From Elusimicrobiota bacterium (GTDB lineage: Bacteria > Elusimicrobiota > Elusimicrobia > UBA1565 > UBA9628), in the NCBI GenBank assembly GCA_031423795.1, contig JANPGH010000123.1, forward strand, positions 14,206 through 78,205: DNA of 64,000 bases, given 5' to 3'. This document shows, in pieces, positions 8,150 to 17,414 of the stretch (its first letter is position 1; every line of letters begins with the position of its first letter). The notes under the pieces are model-generated. The model searched no databases. It had not been told where the DNA came from and saw only the letters and a program-made list of their open reading frames with translations. The position numbers were made by a program, and so were the translations under genes.

Positions 8150-9210
8150 TGGATTGCTCCTCTCATGATCGTGCCGCCGCCCAAGACGAAGCTGCCGTCG
8201 TAGAACACCGCGGCCTGGCCCGGCGCCGGCGCGCGTTGCGGCGCGTCGAAACGCACGAGAACCGTGCCGTCGGCGTTTAAGGACAGTCCGGCGGACGCCG
8301 GACTGTGTCGATGACGCACCCGCACTTGCGCGCGCACCGAACTAGCGGGCACACCCGCGGTCCAGGTGACGCTGCCGGCGACCAGAGAAGACGCCATCAC
8401 GTCGTTTTCGTCGCCGACGACCAATGTGTTCGTCTCGGGCTTCATACGCACGACATACAGCGGATCAGGCGATGTAACGCCAAGTCCCTTGCGCTGTCCG
8501 ACGGTGTAAGAGGCCAGACCGGAATGTTCGCCGATCACCCTGCCGTCGGTCGATTCAATGGGTCCTGGCATCAAGGTCGCAGCTCCGGCAGACTCGGACC
8601 GCGACGCGACAAAGCCGCGCACATCCCGCTCGGGAACGAAGCAGGTTTCCATGCTTTCCGGCTTGTCGGCGGTGCGCAATCTTAAGGTCCGCGCGCGTGC
8701 GCGCACTTCGTCCTTGGTCAGCGCGCCGACGGGGAACTCCGCCTTCGCCAGCTCTTTGGCCGTCAATGTATAAAGGAAGTAGGTTTGGTCCTTGCGCACA
8801 TCGATGGACGTAGACAGACGTCCATCGATGATTCTTGCATAGTGCCCGGTCGCGACCTTCCCACAGCCCCAGGCCTCGGCTAAATGCAGCAAGTGGCCGA
8901 ACTTCACCGATCGGTTACATTCGACGCACGGATTGGGAGTCGTGCCGTCAAGATAAGCGGCGACGTACGGCTTAATGACTTTCTGCTCGAAGCGTTCGGA
9001 CATGTCGGCCACGTAGTGGGGAATGCCCAGGGCCTCGCAGACACGCTTGGCGTCATCCACGTCCGCCGGAGAGCCGCAGCAGCCGAATCCCGTCGCCGCG
9101 CGCGGCAAGAGCTTCATCGTCACGCCGACGACGTCCTCGCCCCGCTCCTTAAGAATGGCGGCGGCCACCGAACTATCCACACCACCACTCATCGCCGCCA
9201 AAATCCTCAT
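8146..9210 (-). CDS. mnmA: tRNA 2-thiouridine(34) synthase MnmA
   Basis: MRILAAMSGGVDSSVAAAILKERGEDVVGVTMKL PP-loop motif. The start was moved to ATG 9210, which forms an ATGA overlap with the nifS stop (track ORF starts at 9258). Confidence 0.85.
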   Translation of the reverse strand: MRILAAMSGGVDSSVAAAILKERGEDVVGVTMKLLPRAATGFGCCGSPADVDDAKRVCEALGIPHYVADMSERFEQKVIKPYVAAYLDGTTPNPCVECNRSVKFGHLLHLAEAWGCGKVATGHYARIIDGRLSTSIDVRKDQTYFLYTLTAKELAKAEFPVGALTKDEVRARARTLRLRTADKPESMETCFVPERDVRGFVASRSESAGAATLMPGPIESTDGRVIGEHSGLASYTVGQRKGLGVTSPDPLYVVRMKPETNTLVVGDENDVMASSLVAGSVTWTAGVPASSVRAQVRVRHRHSPASAGLSLNADGTVLVRFDAPQRAPAPGQAAVFYDGSFVLGGGTIMRGAIQ

Positions 9211-10361
9211 GCCACGCTCGCCACCGACCGCAGACGACCGATCGCCACCGGCAGGCACTTCAAAAATCGGTCGATATCGGCCTCAGTCGTTCCCCAACCC
9301 ACGGAAATCCTCAAGGATCCGGCGGCAAGCCCGGGGTCAATTCCCATCGCCGTGAGGACGTGCGACGCAAGCGATGCCCCCGAGGAGCAGGCCGGACCGC
9401 TGGACACGCAGAATCCTTCGAGGTCAAGGGCCACGACCAAGTGGTGCCCATCGACCCCGCTGAAGACAAAATTGGAGGTATTCGGCAGGCGCCGCTCCGG
9501 GTGGCCATTGAGGCGCGCATCGCTAATTTTCAGCACGCCGGCTTCCAGGCGTCGCCGAAGAACCAATGCGTGAGCGGCACTCGACTTTAATTCGCGCAAA
9601 GCCAGCTCGCATGCCACGCCGAGGGCGGCGATGCTCGCGACGTTCTCCGTTCCGCCCCGCCTTTCCTTCTCTTGATGGCCGGTCAGGACCGGCGACAGTC
9701 GCACTCCGCGGCGCACGTATAGGGCACCGACCCCTTTCGGTGCGTTGAGCTTGTGCCCAGACAACGAGAGCATGTCGACTCCCAAAGCTTTCACATCGAC
9801 GGCGACCTTGCCTAGGGATTGCACGGCGTCGGTATGCATCAATGCGCCGCGCGCGCGCGCCAAGGCGGCGATCTCGGCGACCGGCTGCAGGACGCCGGTC
9901 TCGTTGTTGGCGTGCATCACGCTGACGACGATCGTGCGCTCATCAATCGACGCGCGAAGCGCGTCGACGGCGACGACGCCATCCGGGCTGCACGGCGCTT
10001 CCCCAATATCGAATCCTCGATGGCGCAATTCGCTCAGCTGACCGCGCACTGCGTCATGCTCGATCCGCGTTGCCAGGACTGTCCCGCGGCCGTTTTTCTC
10101 GGCGCGAGCCTGCCATGCGGCGCCTGAAATCGCGAAGACGTCGGATTCGGTGCCGCCGGAAGTGAAGATGATTTCGGATTGATCGGCAGCCCCGATCAAC
10201 GAGGCGACCGACTCGCGAGCGCGCTCGACGGCCGCCCGCGCCTTTTGTCCCAGCGAGTAGACCGAATTCGGATTGCCGTACCCGTCCCTCAGCCACGGCA
10301 ACATCGCATCGAGGACTTCCGGTCGGATCGGGGTGGTCGCGTTGTGGTCGAGGTAGGTCAT
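9207..10361 (-). CDS. nifS: cysteine desulfurase (NifS/IscS class)
   Basis: MTYLDHNATTPIRPEVLDAM...SGGTESD...SLSGHKLNAPKGVGALYVR (PLP lysine motif)...SSGPACSSG. Confidence 0.85.
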   Translation of the reverse strand: MTYLDHNATTPIRPEVLDAMLPWLRDGYGNPNSVYSLGQKARAAVERARESVASLIGAADQSEIIFTSGGTESDVFAISGAAWQARAEKNGRGTVLATRIEHDAVRGQLSELRHRGFDIGEAPCSPDGVVAVDALRASIDERTIVVSVMHANNETGVLQPVAEIAALARARGALMHTDAVQSLGKVAVDVKALGVDMLSLSGHKLNAPKGVGALYVRRGVRLSPVLTGHQEKERRGGTENVASIAALGVACELALRELKSSAAHALVLRRRLEAGVLKISDARLNGHPERRLPNTSNFVFSGVDGHHLVVALDLEGFCVSSGPACSSGASLASHVLTAMGIDPGLAAGSLRISVGWGTTEADIDRFLKCLPVAIGRLRSVASVA

Positions 10362-11068
10362 TGCCCGAAGCCGAAACCCTTAAAGAGGTCTTCTTCCCCG
10401 CCCGCGGCTTTCCCCGCGGGGGCACCTTCCGCGGCGGGTTTCGGTTCCTCAGCGGCAGGCTTGGTTCCAGGCAGGGTGGCGCCCTTAGGCGCGCCTTTGG
10501 CAGTCACGCCCGATACGATCGTTTTGCGCACGCCTTCGGCGAAAATAATCCGGCCTTTTTTGCGGTCGTAAAACAGGCGGAATTGGCTTTGCTTGGTCTG
10601 CGGTTCGTAAGCCTTACCAAGGTTGTCGCGCTCCTGCTCCCAACCGGGGTTGTAGAGCAAGCGTCCGCGCAAATCGACCTTGTTGCTCAACACCGGAAGG
10701 CTGAAACGGATGCGATAAAATCCGTTGGTATCGGAAACGCCGGGATCGAACGATGAGGTGGCAAATCCGGAGGGCCGGGCCTCGCCTTCCTCCACAACGT
10801 TCTCACCGCTGGCGACCGCGCGCACGACCACACCTTGAATGGGGTTGTCCTTGTAGTCCGTGATCACGCCTTGAATATATCCGTCGAGAAATTGCGTCTT
10901 CTGCGCGACAGAAAACACCAACAACTCGGTGGTTCCGGTCAGCTTTTCGGTGATCGAAAGATCGACGACCCGACCCTCGGCGAAATCCTCGACCACCACA
11001 TTCTTGTTCGAGGGTCCACAGGCGGCGAGCAAAACGAGAAGCCCGACGGTAAAAACACGGCGCAGCAT
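10358..11068 (-). CDS. lipoprotein with carboxypeptidase-regulatory-like beta-sandwich and Pro/Ala/Lys-rich tail
   Basis: MLRRVFTVGLLVLLAAC lipobox. GVVVRAV...TDTNGFYRIRF motif. 19 nt downstream of motB; its stop overlaps the nifS start. Confidence 0.5.
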   Translation of the reverse strand: MLRRVFTVGLLVLLAACGPSNKNVVVEDFAEGRVVDLSITEKLTGTTELLVFSVAQKTQFLDGYIQGVITDYKDNPIQGVVVRAVASGENVVEEGEARPSGFATSSFDPGVSDTNGFYRIRFSLPVLSNKVDLRGRLLYNPGWEQERDNLGKAYEPQTKQSQFRLFYDRKKGRIIFAEGVRKTIVSGVTAKGAPKGATLPGTKPAAEEPKPAAEGAPAGKAAGGEEDLFKGFGFGQ

Positions 11069-11087
11069 GGTTTATTTTACCATTTGA

Positions 11088-11840
11088 CTAGCGTTTCTCG
11101 GCGACAGGCACGGGCGCCTGAGCGTCGGCAGGAGCCGTTGTCGCCGCCGCTTCTGTCGGGGGTGCCGCCGCGGACTTGGCCGCCTTCTCGGCGTTTTCCT
11201 TGGCCAAAGTCGGTTTCGGAATCGATGCGCTTTTCACGAAAAAAACCACGCGCCGATTTTTGGCCCTCCCCTCCGGGGTCGCGTTCGGCACGACGGGCCG
11301 CGCGTCTCCATAACCGACGGCGCCGAGGTGTCCGGCTGGGATCCCGTATTTTTCAATGAGCAGCCGGGCCACGCTGGTCGCACGCGCAGTAGAAAGCTCC
11401 CAGTTCGAGTCGAAATACATGTTGTGGATCGGTTGGTCGTCGGTGTGGCCCTCGACTAAGATCTCGTGATCAGCGCCGAGCCTGCGCAAATTCGGCACGA
11501 GCAACGCGAGCTTGGCGTCCATTTCGGCGGTGGGTTCGGCCGCCCCTGACCCGAAGAACGGGATTCCCCCCTGTTCTTCGATCGAAATCTTGAGACCGTC
11601 CTTGTCGACTGTCACCTCGCCCTTCATTTTGCCCTTGTCCATCATGTCCTTCACGTCGGAAGCAGCCTTCTGGACATTTTTGTTCAAGGCCGCCGATAAC
11701 GCGTAGAGAATGACAAAGAAACAGACGAGCTCCGTCATCAAGTCGGCGTAATTGACCAGCCAGGCGGGCGCCGGGTGCCCGATCTGGCAGACTTTCGGAT
11801 CACTCTCGTCGATGAATCCTCTCGGGGCGCGCAGGGGCAC
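11088..11840 (-). CDS. motB: MotB-type stator protein (OmpA-like peptidoglycan-binding C-terminus)
   Basis: VNYADLMTELVCFFVILYAL (TM helix with the conserved Asp). GHTDDQPI...NWELSTARATSVARLL...NRRVVFFV is an OmpA/MotB domain. Confidence 0.85.
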   Translation of the reverse strand: MPLRAPRGFIDESDPKVCQIGHPAPAWLVNYADLMTELVCFFVILYALSAALNKNVQKAASDVKDMMDKGKMKGEVTVDKDGLKISIEEQGGIPFFGSGAAEPTAEMDAKLALLVPNLRRLGADHEILVEGHTDDQPIHNMYFDSNWELSTARATSVARLLIEKYGIPAGHLGAVGYGDARPVVPNATPEGRAKNRRVVFFVKSASIPKPTLAKENAEKAAKSAAAPPTEAAATTAPADAQAPVPVAEKR

Positions 11841-11849
11841 AATATCTCC

Positions 11850-12638
11850 TTAAGCCGCGGGTGTGGCGGATTTGACGATAATGCGTTCAGACGGGGCGAG
11901 ATAGGCCTTCAAGTTCGCCTCGACGACCGACGGGGTGGCGCCGCTTTGCAGCAGCAAGACACCGCGGATGATAATCTCCTTTACCAGAAGCTCCTCCTCT
12001 GAGCGACGCCGCAGCTTTCCGCCCATCGGCAAGAAAATTAAATAGCCAGATCCCAGGCCGTAGAACGCCGCCGCCAAGGCCAGCGCCATGCGGCGCGGCA
12101 CGGCCGCGACGTCCTCGATCGACGAGAGCATCATGATCATGCCAAGCACAGTGCCAATGATCCCGAACGCCGGCGAATAGGTGCCCATCGCGTTGAGGAT
12201 TTCCTGGCCACCCTTGTGACGCTCGCGAATGAAGCCTATTTCGGTCTCGAGCATGTTGCGGATGAATTCGTGATCCGCGCCATCGACGACCAACTGCACG
12301 CCGCGCCGCAGGAAATCGCTCTTGATTCCCCTGACGTCGTTCTGTAGCGCCAGGAACCCCTCTTTTTTGGCCTTCTGTGAGAGGCTAACGAAGGTCCCGA
12401 CGATGTCAGAAGTGTCCTCGCCGTGGGACATCAGCGTCTTCTTGATCACTTTCCCGACGCCGATGACCTGGCTCAGTGGATAATTGACCAGGGTCGCACA
12501 GACGGTTCCTCCCATGACCATCAGAAGCGCTTCCATGTTCATGAAAGGCTTGAATCCCGAAACACCCTCGCTCATGAAGATTGAGCCGATGCACAGGCCG
12601 AAGAAAATGATGATTCCAGCGATGGTTGCGATGTCCAT
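11850..12638 (-). CDS. motA: MotA/PomA-type stator protein
   Basis: 262 aa with a four-TM pattern. C-terminal AFGIIGTVLGMIMML...ALAAAFYGLGSGYLIFLPMGGKL is typical of the MotA/TolQ/ExbB family. Lies 9 nt upstream of motB. Confidence 0.85.
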   Translation of the reverse strand: MDIATIAGIIIFFGLCIGSIFMSEGVSGFKPFMNMEALLMVMGGTVCATLVNYPLSQVIGVGKVIKKTLMSHGEDTSDIVGTFVSLSQKAKKEGFLALQNDVRGIKSDFLRRGVQLVVDGADHEFIRNMLETEIGFIRERHKGGQEILNAMGTYSPAFGIIGTVLGMIMMLSSIEDVAAVPRRMALALAAAFYGLGSGYLIFLPMGGKLRRRSEEELLVKEIIIRGVLLLQSGATPSVVEANLKAYLAPSERIIVKSATPAA

Positions 12639-12662
12639 GTATGTAAAGCTCCTTAAATTCCC

Positions 12663-12893
12663 TTAACTTGCTTCGCGAATGTAACCAGCGATGGGATTGA
12701 CCGGCTTGCCTGAAGTATTGACGGCGCGCCGGTACTCGACGACTTTGGCGACGACTTCTTCCGATTTTTCGCGGACCAGGACCTTATTGCCGGTCGCCAG
12801 GTGCACGACCGTCTGGGGCCCGGGCTCGAGCGTCTCGATGAGTTCGGCGTTGACGACGACTTCGCCGCCGTTTAGTTTATGAAGGACGATCAC
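12663..12893 (-). CDS. flbD: FlbD-like small flagellar protein
   Basis: MIVLHKLNGGEVVVNAELIETLEPGPQTVVHLATGNKVLVREKSEEVVAKVVEYRR matches the FlbD pattern. The start overlaps the stop of the upstream gene. Confidence 0.75.
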   Translation of the reverse strand: MIVLHKLNGGEVVVNAELIETLEPGPQTVVHLATGNKVLVREKSEEVVAKVVEYRRAVNTSGKPVNPIAGYIREAS

Positions 12894-15301
12894 TGCTCCC
12901 CCTTCCCGAAAAGGCGCTTCGTCCAGGGCGTCTGGCGGGTCTCCTCGATCTTGCCTTCGAGCTGGGCGGCGCGGGTGGCGGCACCCTTCTCGGCCTCGCG
13001 CGCCGCGGCAGCCTCGTCGGTAAGCCGCTTGATCTCCGCGCGCATCGTCTCAAGCTCGCGATTGGACGCGTGCGACGACTCCTCCGTCGCGCGACGCGCT
13101 TCTTGGGCCTTTTTCAATTCACTCTCCGCTCGCTCATGAGCAGTGCGAGCTTCGGCCTCCAAGGCCGACTTCTGCGCGGCGATGTCGGCCTCGAAACGCT
13201 CGCGTTCTGCGCGGATCGACTCCGCTGCGCGCTCACGGTCGGATTGTATCTGTTTTTCGGATTCCGTCCGCGTTTTCTCGAGCACGGCGCGTAGCTGCTC
13301 GATCTGCAATTCCCTTGAGCGCAGGCGTTCAGCCACGGCCTTCTCGAAATCCACCCGCATCGGAGTGAGCTCTTGGTACGCGGCGTCGCGCTCTCCTTGA
13401 GCCCGCTGGGCGTTGACGGATTCCCGTTGCAGTTGAAGGCGCGATTGTTCGACCGCTTCCTGGAGATTTCTCATCGAAACGGATTGCGCAGCACTTAAGC
13501 GTTCGGCCTCCACTTTTTCAGCTTGGAGCTCCGTGATTCGGGCCTCGGCGCGCGTTGCGCGCTCGCGCAAATCGGCCAGCGCAGAACGCGTCGACGCCGC
13601 CTGGGCCCGCTCGGTCTCGAGCGTGCGCTCCGCCTCGATGCGGCGATTTGACTCATATTCGCGAGTGGCGTCGAGCTGTTGGATCTTCTGCGCCGAAGTC
13701 TCATGGCGCAGGCGTTCGCCGGCCAACTCCGCTTCGAGCGCGTGCATCCGCTCATACCAACTCGAGTCCTTGGTCGAAAGTTCCCGCCGCAGGCGCGCGA
13801 TCTCGCCTTCCAGCTCGACTCGCGCGGCGTCGGAATCGGTCCGGCCGGCTTGATGGCGCGCGAGCACTTCCCTCTCGATCTCGGCGCGCAATTTCGTCTC
13901 ATGGAGCCGGATCGAGGCCTCGTTCTCCTGACGCAGCTGATCGGCGATTTTCGACGCACGCTGATTGATCTCGTCTTGCGCGAGAATGCGTAGACGGGCT
14001 TTTTCGGCGTCGACGCTTTGCAGCGCCGAGGATTGAGCTTCCGCGCGGACCTCCTTTTCCCGCTCGACCCACTTGCGCTGCAAGACGACGAACTCCGCCT
14101 TGTAACGTTCCTGGGTCCGCTCCCAATCGCCGGAAGCTTTCTTGAGTTCTATCAGCTGCGAACGCGACGCGGCGGATTGACGTTCCAGCGCGCCGCATAC
14201 AGCCCGCAGGCGCTGAAGCTCGCTTTGGGCGCGCTCTGCTATTGATTTGTGCTGAGCAATATCGGCCTCGTACTCAACTTTTGCGCGGCGCAGTTCGGCG
14301 TCTTTTTCCGCGTCGAAGCGCTGCTTGACCGTCGCAAAATCGCGCTGCAAGCGGTCGACATCGGCCTGCAAACGCTCCTCGCGCTCGCGAGAGCTCGAGC
14401 GCAAACTCGTCAAATCCCGTTCCAGCCTCTCTTGGACCAACGCTCCGCCCTGTCGGGCCAGCGTCAGGTCCGCGCGCAACTGGATTGCCTCCTTTTCGCG
14501 CTCGGCGGCGTTTTGCAGGCGAGCTAACGCCTCGGCCCGGTCGCGGGACAACTCCGAGACGCGTTCATCGAGGATTTTCTTCTCCGAAGACACTTTGGCT
14601 AAATCCGTGTCGGCGCCTTTGAGCTTCTCGGCAAGCGACCGCAGATTGCGGATCTCATCATCCTTTGCCATCGCGATTTTCTGCCAACCCGCTTTTTCTT
14701 CCAGCCACCGACGCTCCATTTCTTGGATGCGCAGCGCGAAATGACCCTCTACTTCCTTCTCCTGCGACTCGCGGGCGCCCATCTGATTTTTGAGCGTCGA
14801 TACCCATGTCTCGCGCTCTTGGGCTAAGCGCGACTCCAATTCCAGCGCCCGCTTTTCCAGTTTAAGCTTTGCTTCCTCAGAATCCTGCTCGCGACGGTCC
14901 CGCCGCAATTTATCTTGTAGTTCTTTGAGGCTGACCTCGACTTTCGCGGCCGTGGTCTGCTCCTCCTGACTCTTGAGCTGGTTGACGAGAAGCTTCTCTC
15001 TCTCGTCCTGCAGCCGCCTTTGCATCTCCTCAAGTTTCTTTTCGTAATCGTTCTTGATCTTATCGACTTTCTCGGCGGCCTCTTTTTCCAGGTCACGCGC
15101 CGGCGCCGGTGCGCCTGAAGGCATTCCGGGCAATCTCATTCCCATCGGGGGAAATGACATGCCGCCTCCCGGCAGCGGAGGCGGAGGCACCATCCCCATT
15201 GCTGGTAAAGGAGGTGGAACGGGCGGCCGACCCGCTGAAGCCGGCAGCGGCGGCGGCACGGGAAGTTTCGGTGGAATCTTGTCGTCAGGCGCCATGGTCA
15301 T
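12890..15301 (-). CDS. 803-aa coiled-coil protein with polyproline N-terminus
   Basis: N-terminus contains PVPPPLP, PVPPPLP and VPPPPLP. The remainder is E/R/K/L/A/Q-rich heptad-like sequence. The AAGGAG Shine-Dalgarno sequence fits the third codon ATG at 15295 better than 15301. Confidence 0.6.
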   Translation of the reverse strand: MTMAPDDKIPPKLPVPPPLPASAGRPPVPPPLPAMGMVPPPPLPGGGMSFPPMGMRLPGMPSGAPAPARDLEKEAAEKVDKIKNDYEKKLEEMQRRLQDEREKLLVNQLKSQEEQTTAAKVEVSLKELQDKLRRDRREQDSEEAKLKLEKRALELESRLAQERETWVSTLKNQMGARESQEKEVEGHFALRIQEMERRWLEEKAGWQKIAMAKDDEIRNLRSLAEKLKGADTDLAKVSSEKKILDERVSELSRDRAEALARLQNAAEREKEAIQLRADLTLARQGGALVQERLERDLTSLRSSSREREERLQADVDRLQRDFATVKQRFDAEKDAELRRAKVEYEADIAQHKSIAERAQSELQRLRAVCGALERQSAASRSQLIELKKASGDWERTQERYKAEFVVLQRKWVEREKEVRAEAQSSALQSVDAEKARLRILAQDEINQRASKIADQLRQENEASIRLHETKLRAEIEREVLARHQAGRTDSDAARVELEGEIARLRRELSTKDSSWYERMHALEAELAGERLRHETSAQKIQQLDATREYESNRRIEAERTLETERAQAASTRSALADLRERATRAEARITELQAEKVEAERLSAAQSVSMRNLQEAVEQSRLQLQRESVNAQRAQGERDAAYQELTPMRVDFEKAVAERLRSRELQIEQLRAVLEKTRTESEKQIQSDRERAAESIRAERERFEADIAAQKSALEAEARTAHERAESELKKAQEARRATEESSHASNRELETMRAEIKRLTDEAAAAREAEKGAATRAAQLEGKIEETRQTPWTKRLFGKGEQ

Positions 15302-15320
15302 CTCTCCTTAATGTTATCGG

Positions 15321-17360
15321 TTAAATCGCTTGGGCCTTCATCCCGTCGACCCATTGACGCAGGCCGGGATCGGGATTTTTGACCAGTACCGCCTCAAATT
15401 CCGCGATCGCCTCGCGCTGTCTCCCCATCTGCACGTAACACGTCCCCAAATACTGCCGCGCTTGCCAGAGTGAAGGATCCTGCGAGAGCGCGTATTCCAA
15501 ATACTGCGCCGCCTGCGGGAACTGCCCGGCGTCATGGCTTTGCACTCCCGCCGAGAAATAGGTTTGCGCCTGCGACGCCTGCGCCGGTGTGGCAAGTGCT
15601 GCGGGTGGAAGTGCTACGGGGGCCGCCGCATGCGCAGCGGCTCCCCCGCCCACCGCGGGACCCGAGCCCGCGCTGAGCAATTGCGCAACGGCCTGCTCGG
15701 CTGCGCGCGTGCGAGGTTCGTACTTGGCTCCCCGGTCGGAAGCCACTTCCTCGGTAAATCCGGAGAATGCGCCTCCACGGCTCTCACGGACGCTCACTTT
15801 TCCTTCCTTTTCCAAAACCTTGACGACGTCCATGATCTTCGAGCGCTCATCCTCGACCTGGCCGGCACTCAATCCCGAGGCGTACTCGATGGATTCCTTG
15901 AGCAAGGACGCCGCACCCGACGACATGTTCGACAGGAACTTGTTCAGGATGTCCGGGGCGGCGCCCTGGAGTGCCTTGGCCATCGATTCGGTCTTGAGTT
16001 CGCGCACGATCACTTGCATGTCGCGATCTGGGAAACCCACCACGTCCTCGAAGCTCATAATAAATTTGCGCACGCGCTGATAAACTTCGGGCTTCTCGTT
16101 CTTAAGATACTCCAGGATATTTGCCCGCGTCATCGTGTCCGCCTCATCGAGCAGTTGTGTCAGGCGCTCCATCCCGCCGACGACGAAATCCACGCTTTCC
16201 TTGATGTCGGCGTCTATCGCCATCAACTGTTCGCGCGTCACTTGGCGAAGTTTCAGGGCCTCGATGGCCACCTTCGCCTGCAGTTCCAGCGGCAACGCGG
16301 TTAGCGTCGCGCGCGCGAGATCCGACTTCATGTAGCTGAGCACGACGGCGATCAGCCACGGCTCGTCACCGCGAACCAGGAACAGGTTCCCGAGTCGCTT
16401 AAAGTTCTCCTCCGTGATGTAGGTGAACGGCTCGAACTTCTTCATGGCGTCCTCCACTTCTTCTTCCTCCGGCGGCGGAGGAGGCGCGTCGTCTGGCTTA
16501 CGGCCCATCATCACATCCAAAGCGGCGGCAGATTCCGACTCCTCGGTGCCGTCTCCCGATCCGTCCTCATCCTCGCCAGTGTCGAGCTTGGACTCGACGT
16601 TAACTTCGGCCGCCGGCTTTTCGCGCAACGCGGCGACATACTGACGGAAGAAGCGGGCGAGCGGTCCGAACAGGAACGAAAGAAAAAGCAGGAGGAGCAG
16701 CGCGTACAAAAGCGGCAGGTACACCGAGGGTTTCTTAAGGTCTTCCTTCCAATCCACCAACGGCGGCTTGTCGAATTGGGTCGGGCGGAAATCGATTTGA
16801 TCGTCGCCGAGCTTCTGGTAGTGGCTCATCGCGTCCTTGATGCGGTCGCGAACGACGTCCCGGGCTTTTTTGTCCTTAAGGACGCCGTCGTCGTGAATCA
16901 CGGTGACTTGGAGCCTTTTAAAGATGGGCTTGACGGAAAACCGCTGTTCGTCGACGCCTTTCATCTGTTGGGCTTGCTGGGCTTGCGATTGCTCGGGCTT
17001 TTCCGGATTTTGCTGGGCGGTGATCGTCTTGGGCTTGGGGATGCCAGGCAAGACGAACGTCGTCTGCATCCCACCGCGCGGCGCAGGCGCCTTCTCCTTG
17101 TATTTTTCGGCCACGCCCATACCGGTGCGCGTGGACTCCTGGCTCTCCGCCTTGACCTCCATTTCCACGTCGACGAACGCGGCGGCCTTGCCCTTGCCGA
17201 GCATGGTATCCAACACATCGTGTTGAATGCGCATTTCCGATTCGGCCTTTACCCGCGTCTGCTCCTGCAGCAGCGCCAAATCGGGCGCGACAACGGCCGC
17301 AAGCGCCGGAGTGAGTACCGGCGCCCCTAAGAGCAGGGCGGCGAGCAAATACATTTGCAT
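15321..17360 (-). CDS. FliF(YscJ)-like periplasmic segment + TM + FliG middle/C-terminal-like domains + TPR, in one polypeptide
   Basis: aa 1-25 signal/TM. aa ~40-200 carry VLDTMLGKGKAAAFVDVEMEV and FKRLQVTVIHDDG...RIKDAMSH...GDDQIDF (FliF ring-motif-like). TM at ~213-235. aa ~310-525 carry GGMERLTQLLDEAD... and FIMSFEDVVGFPDRDMQVIVRELKTESMAKALQGAAPDILNKFLSNMSSGAASLLKESIEY...KVLEKEGKV (FliG_M/FliG_C-like). aa ~600-679 are TPRs. Confidence 0.65.
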   Translation of the reverse strand: MQMYLLAALLLGAPVLTPALAAVVAPDLALLQEQTRVKAESEMRIQHDVLDTMLGKGKAAAFVDVEMEVKAESQESTRTGMGVAEKYKEKAPAPRGGMQTTFVLPGIPKPKTITAQQNPEKPEQSQAQQAQQMKGVDEQRFSVKPIFKRLQVTVIHDDGVLKDKKARDVVRDRIKDAMSHYQKLGDDQIDFRPTQFDKPPLVDWKEDLKKPSVYLPLLYALLLLLFLSFLFGPLARFFRQYVAALREKPAAEVNVESKLDTGEDEDGSGDGTEESESAAALDVMMGRKPDDAPPPPPEEEEVEDAMKKFEPFTYITEENFKRLGNLFLVRGDEPWLIAVVLSYMKSDLARATLTALPLELQAKVAIEALKLRQVTREQLMAIDADIKESVDFVVGGMERLTQLLDEADTMTRANILEYLKNEKPEVYQRVRKFIMSFEDVVGFPDRDMQVIVRELKTESMAKALQGAAPDILNKFLSNMSSGAASLLKESIEYASGLSAGQVEDERSKIMDVVKVLEKEGKVSVRESRGGAFSGFTEEVASDRGAKYEPRTRAAEQAVAQLLSAGSGPAVGGGAAAHAAAPVALPPAALATPAQASQAQTYFSAGVQSHDAGQFPQAAQYLEYALSQDPSLWQARQYLGTCYVQMGRQREAIAEFEAVLVKNPDPGLRQWVDGMKAQAI

Positions 17361-17414
17361 TCCTCTTAAGTGTAAGGGGGTGCTGTTACGAAATCAAGAC
17401 AGAAAGACCCGAAA

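Noticed and set aside
11088-12638. Possibility that MotA/MotB represent a Zorya-type (ZorAB) anti-phage system.
   Set aside because: MotA is of normal length (262 aa) without the long ZorA tail. No ZorC/ZorD-like helicase or nuclease genes are adjacent. FlbD and a FliG-like protein are adjacent instead.
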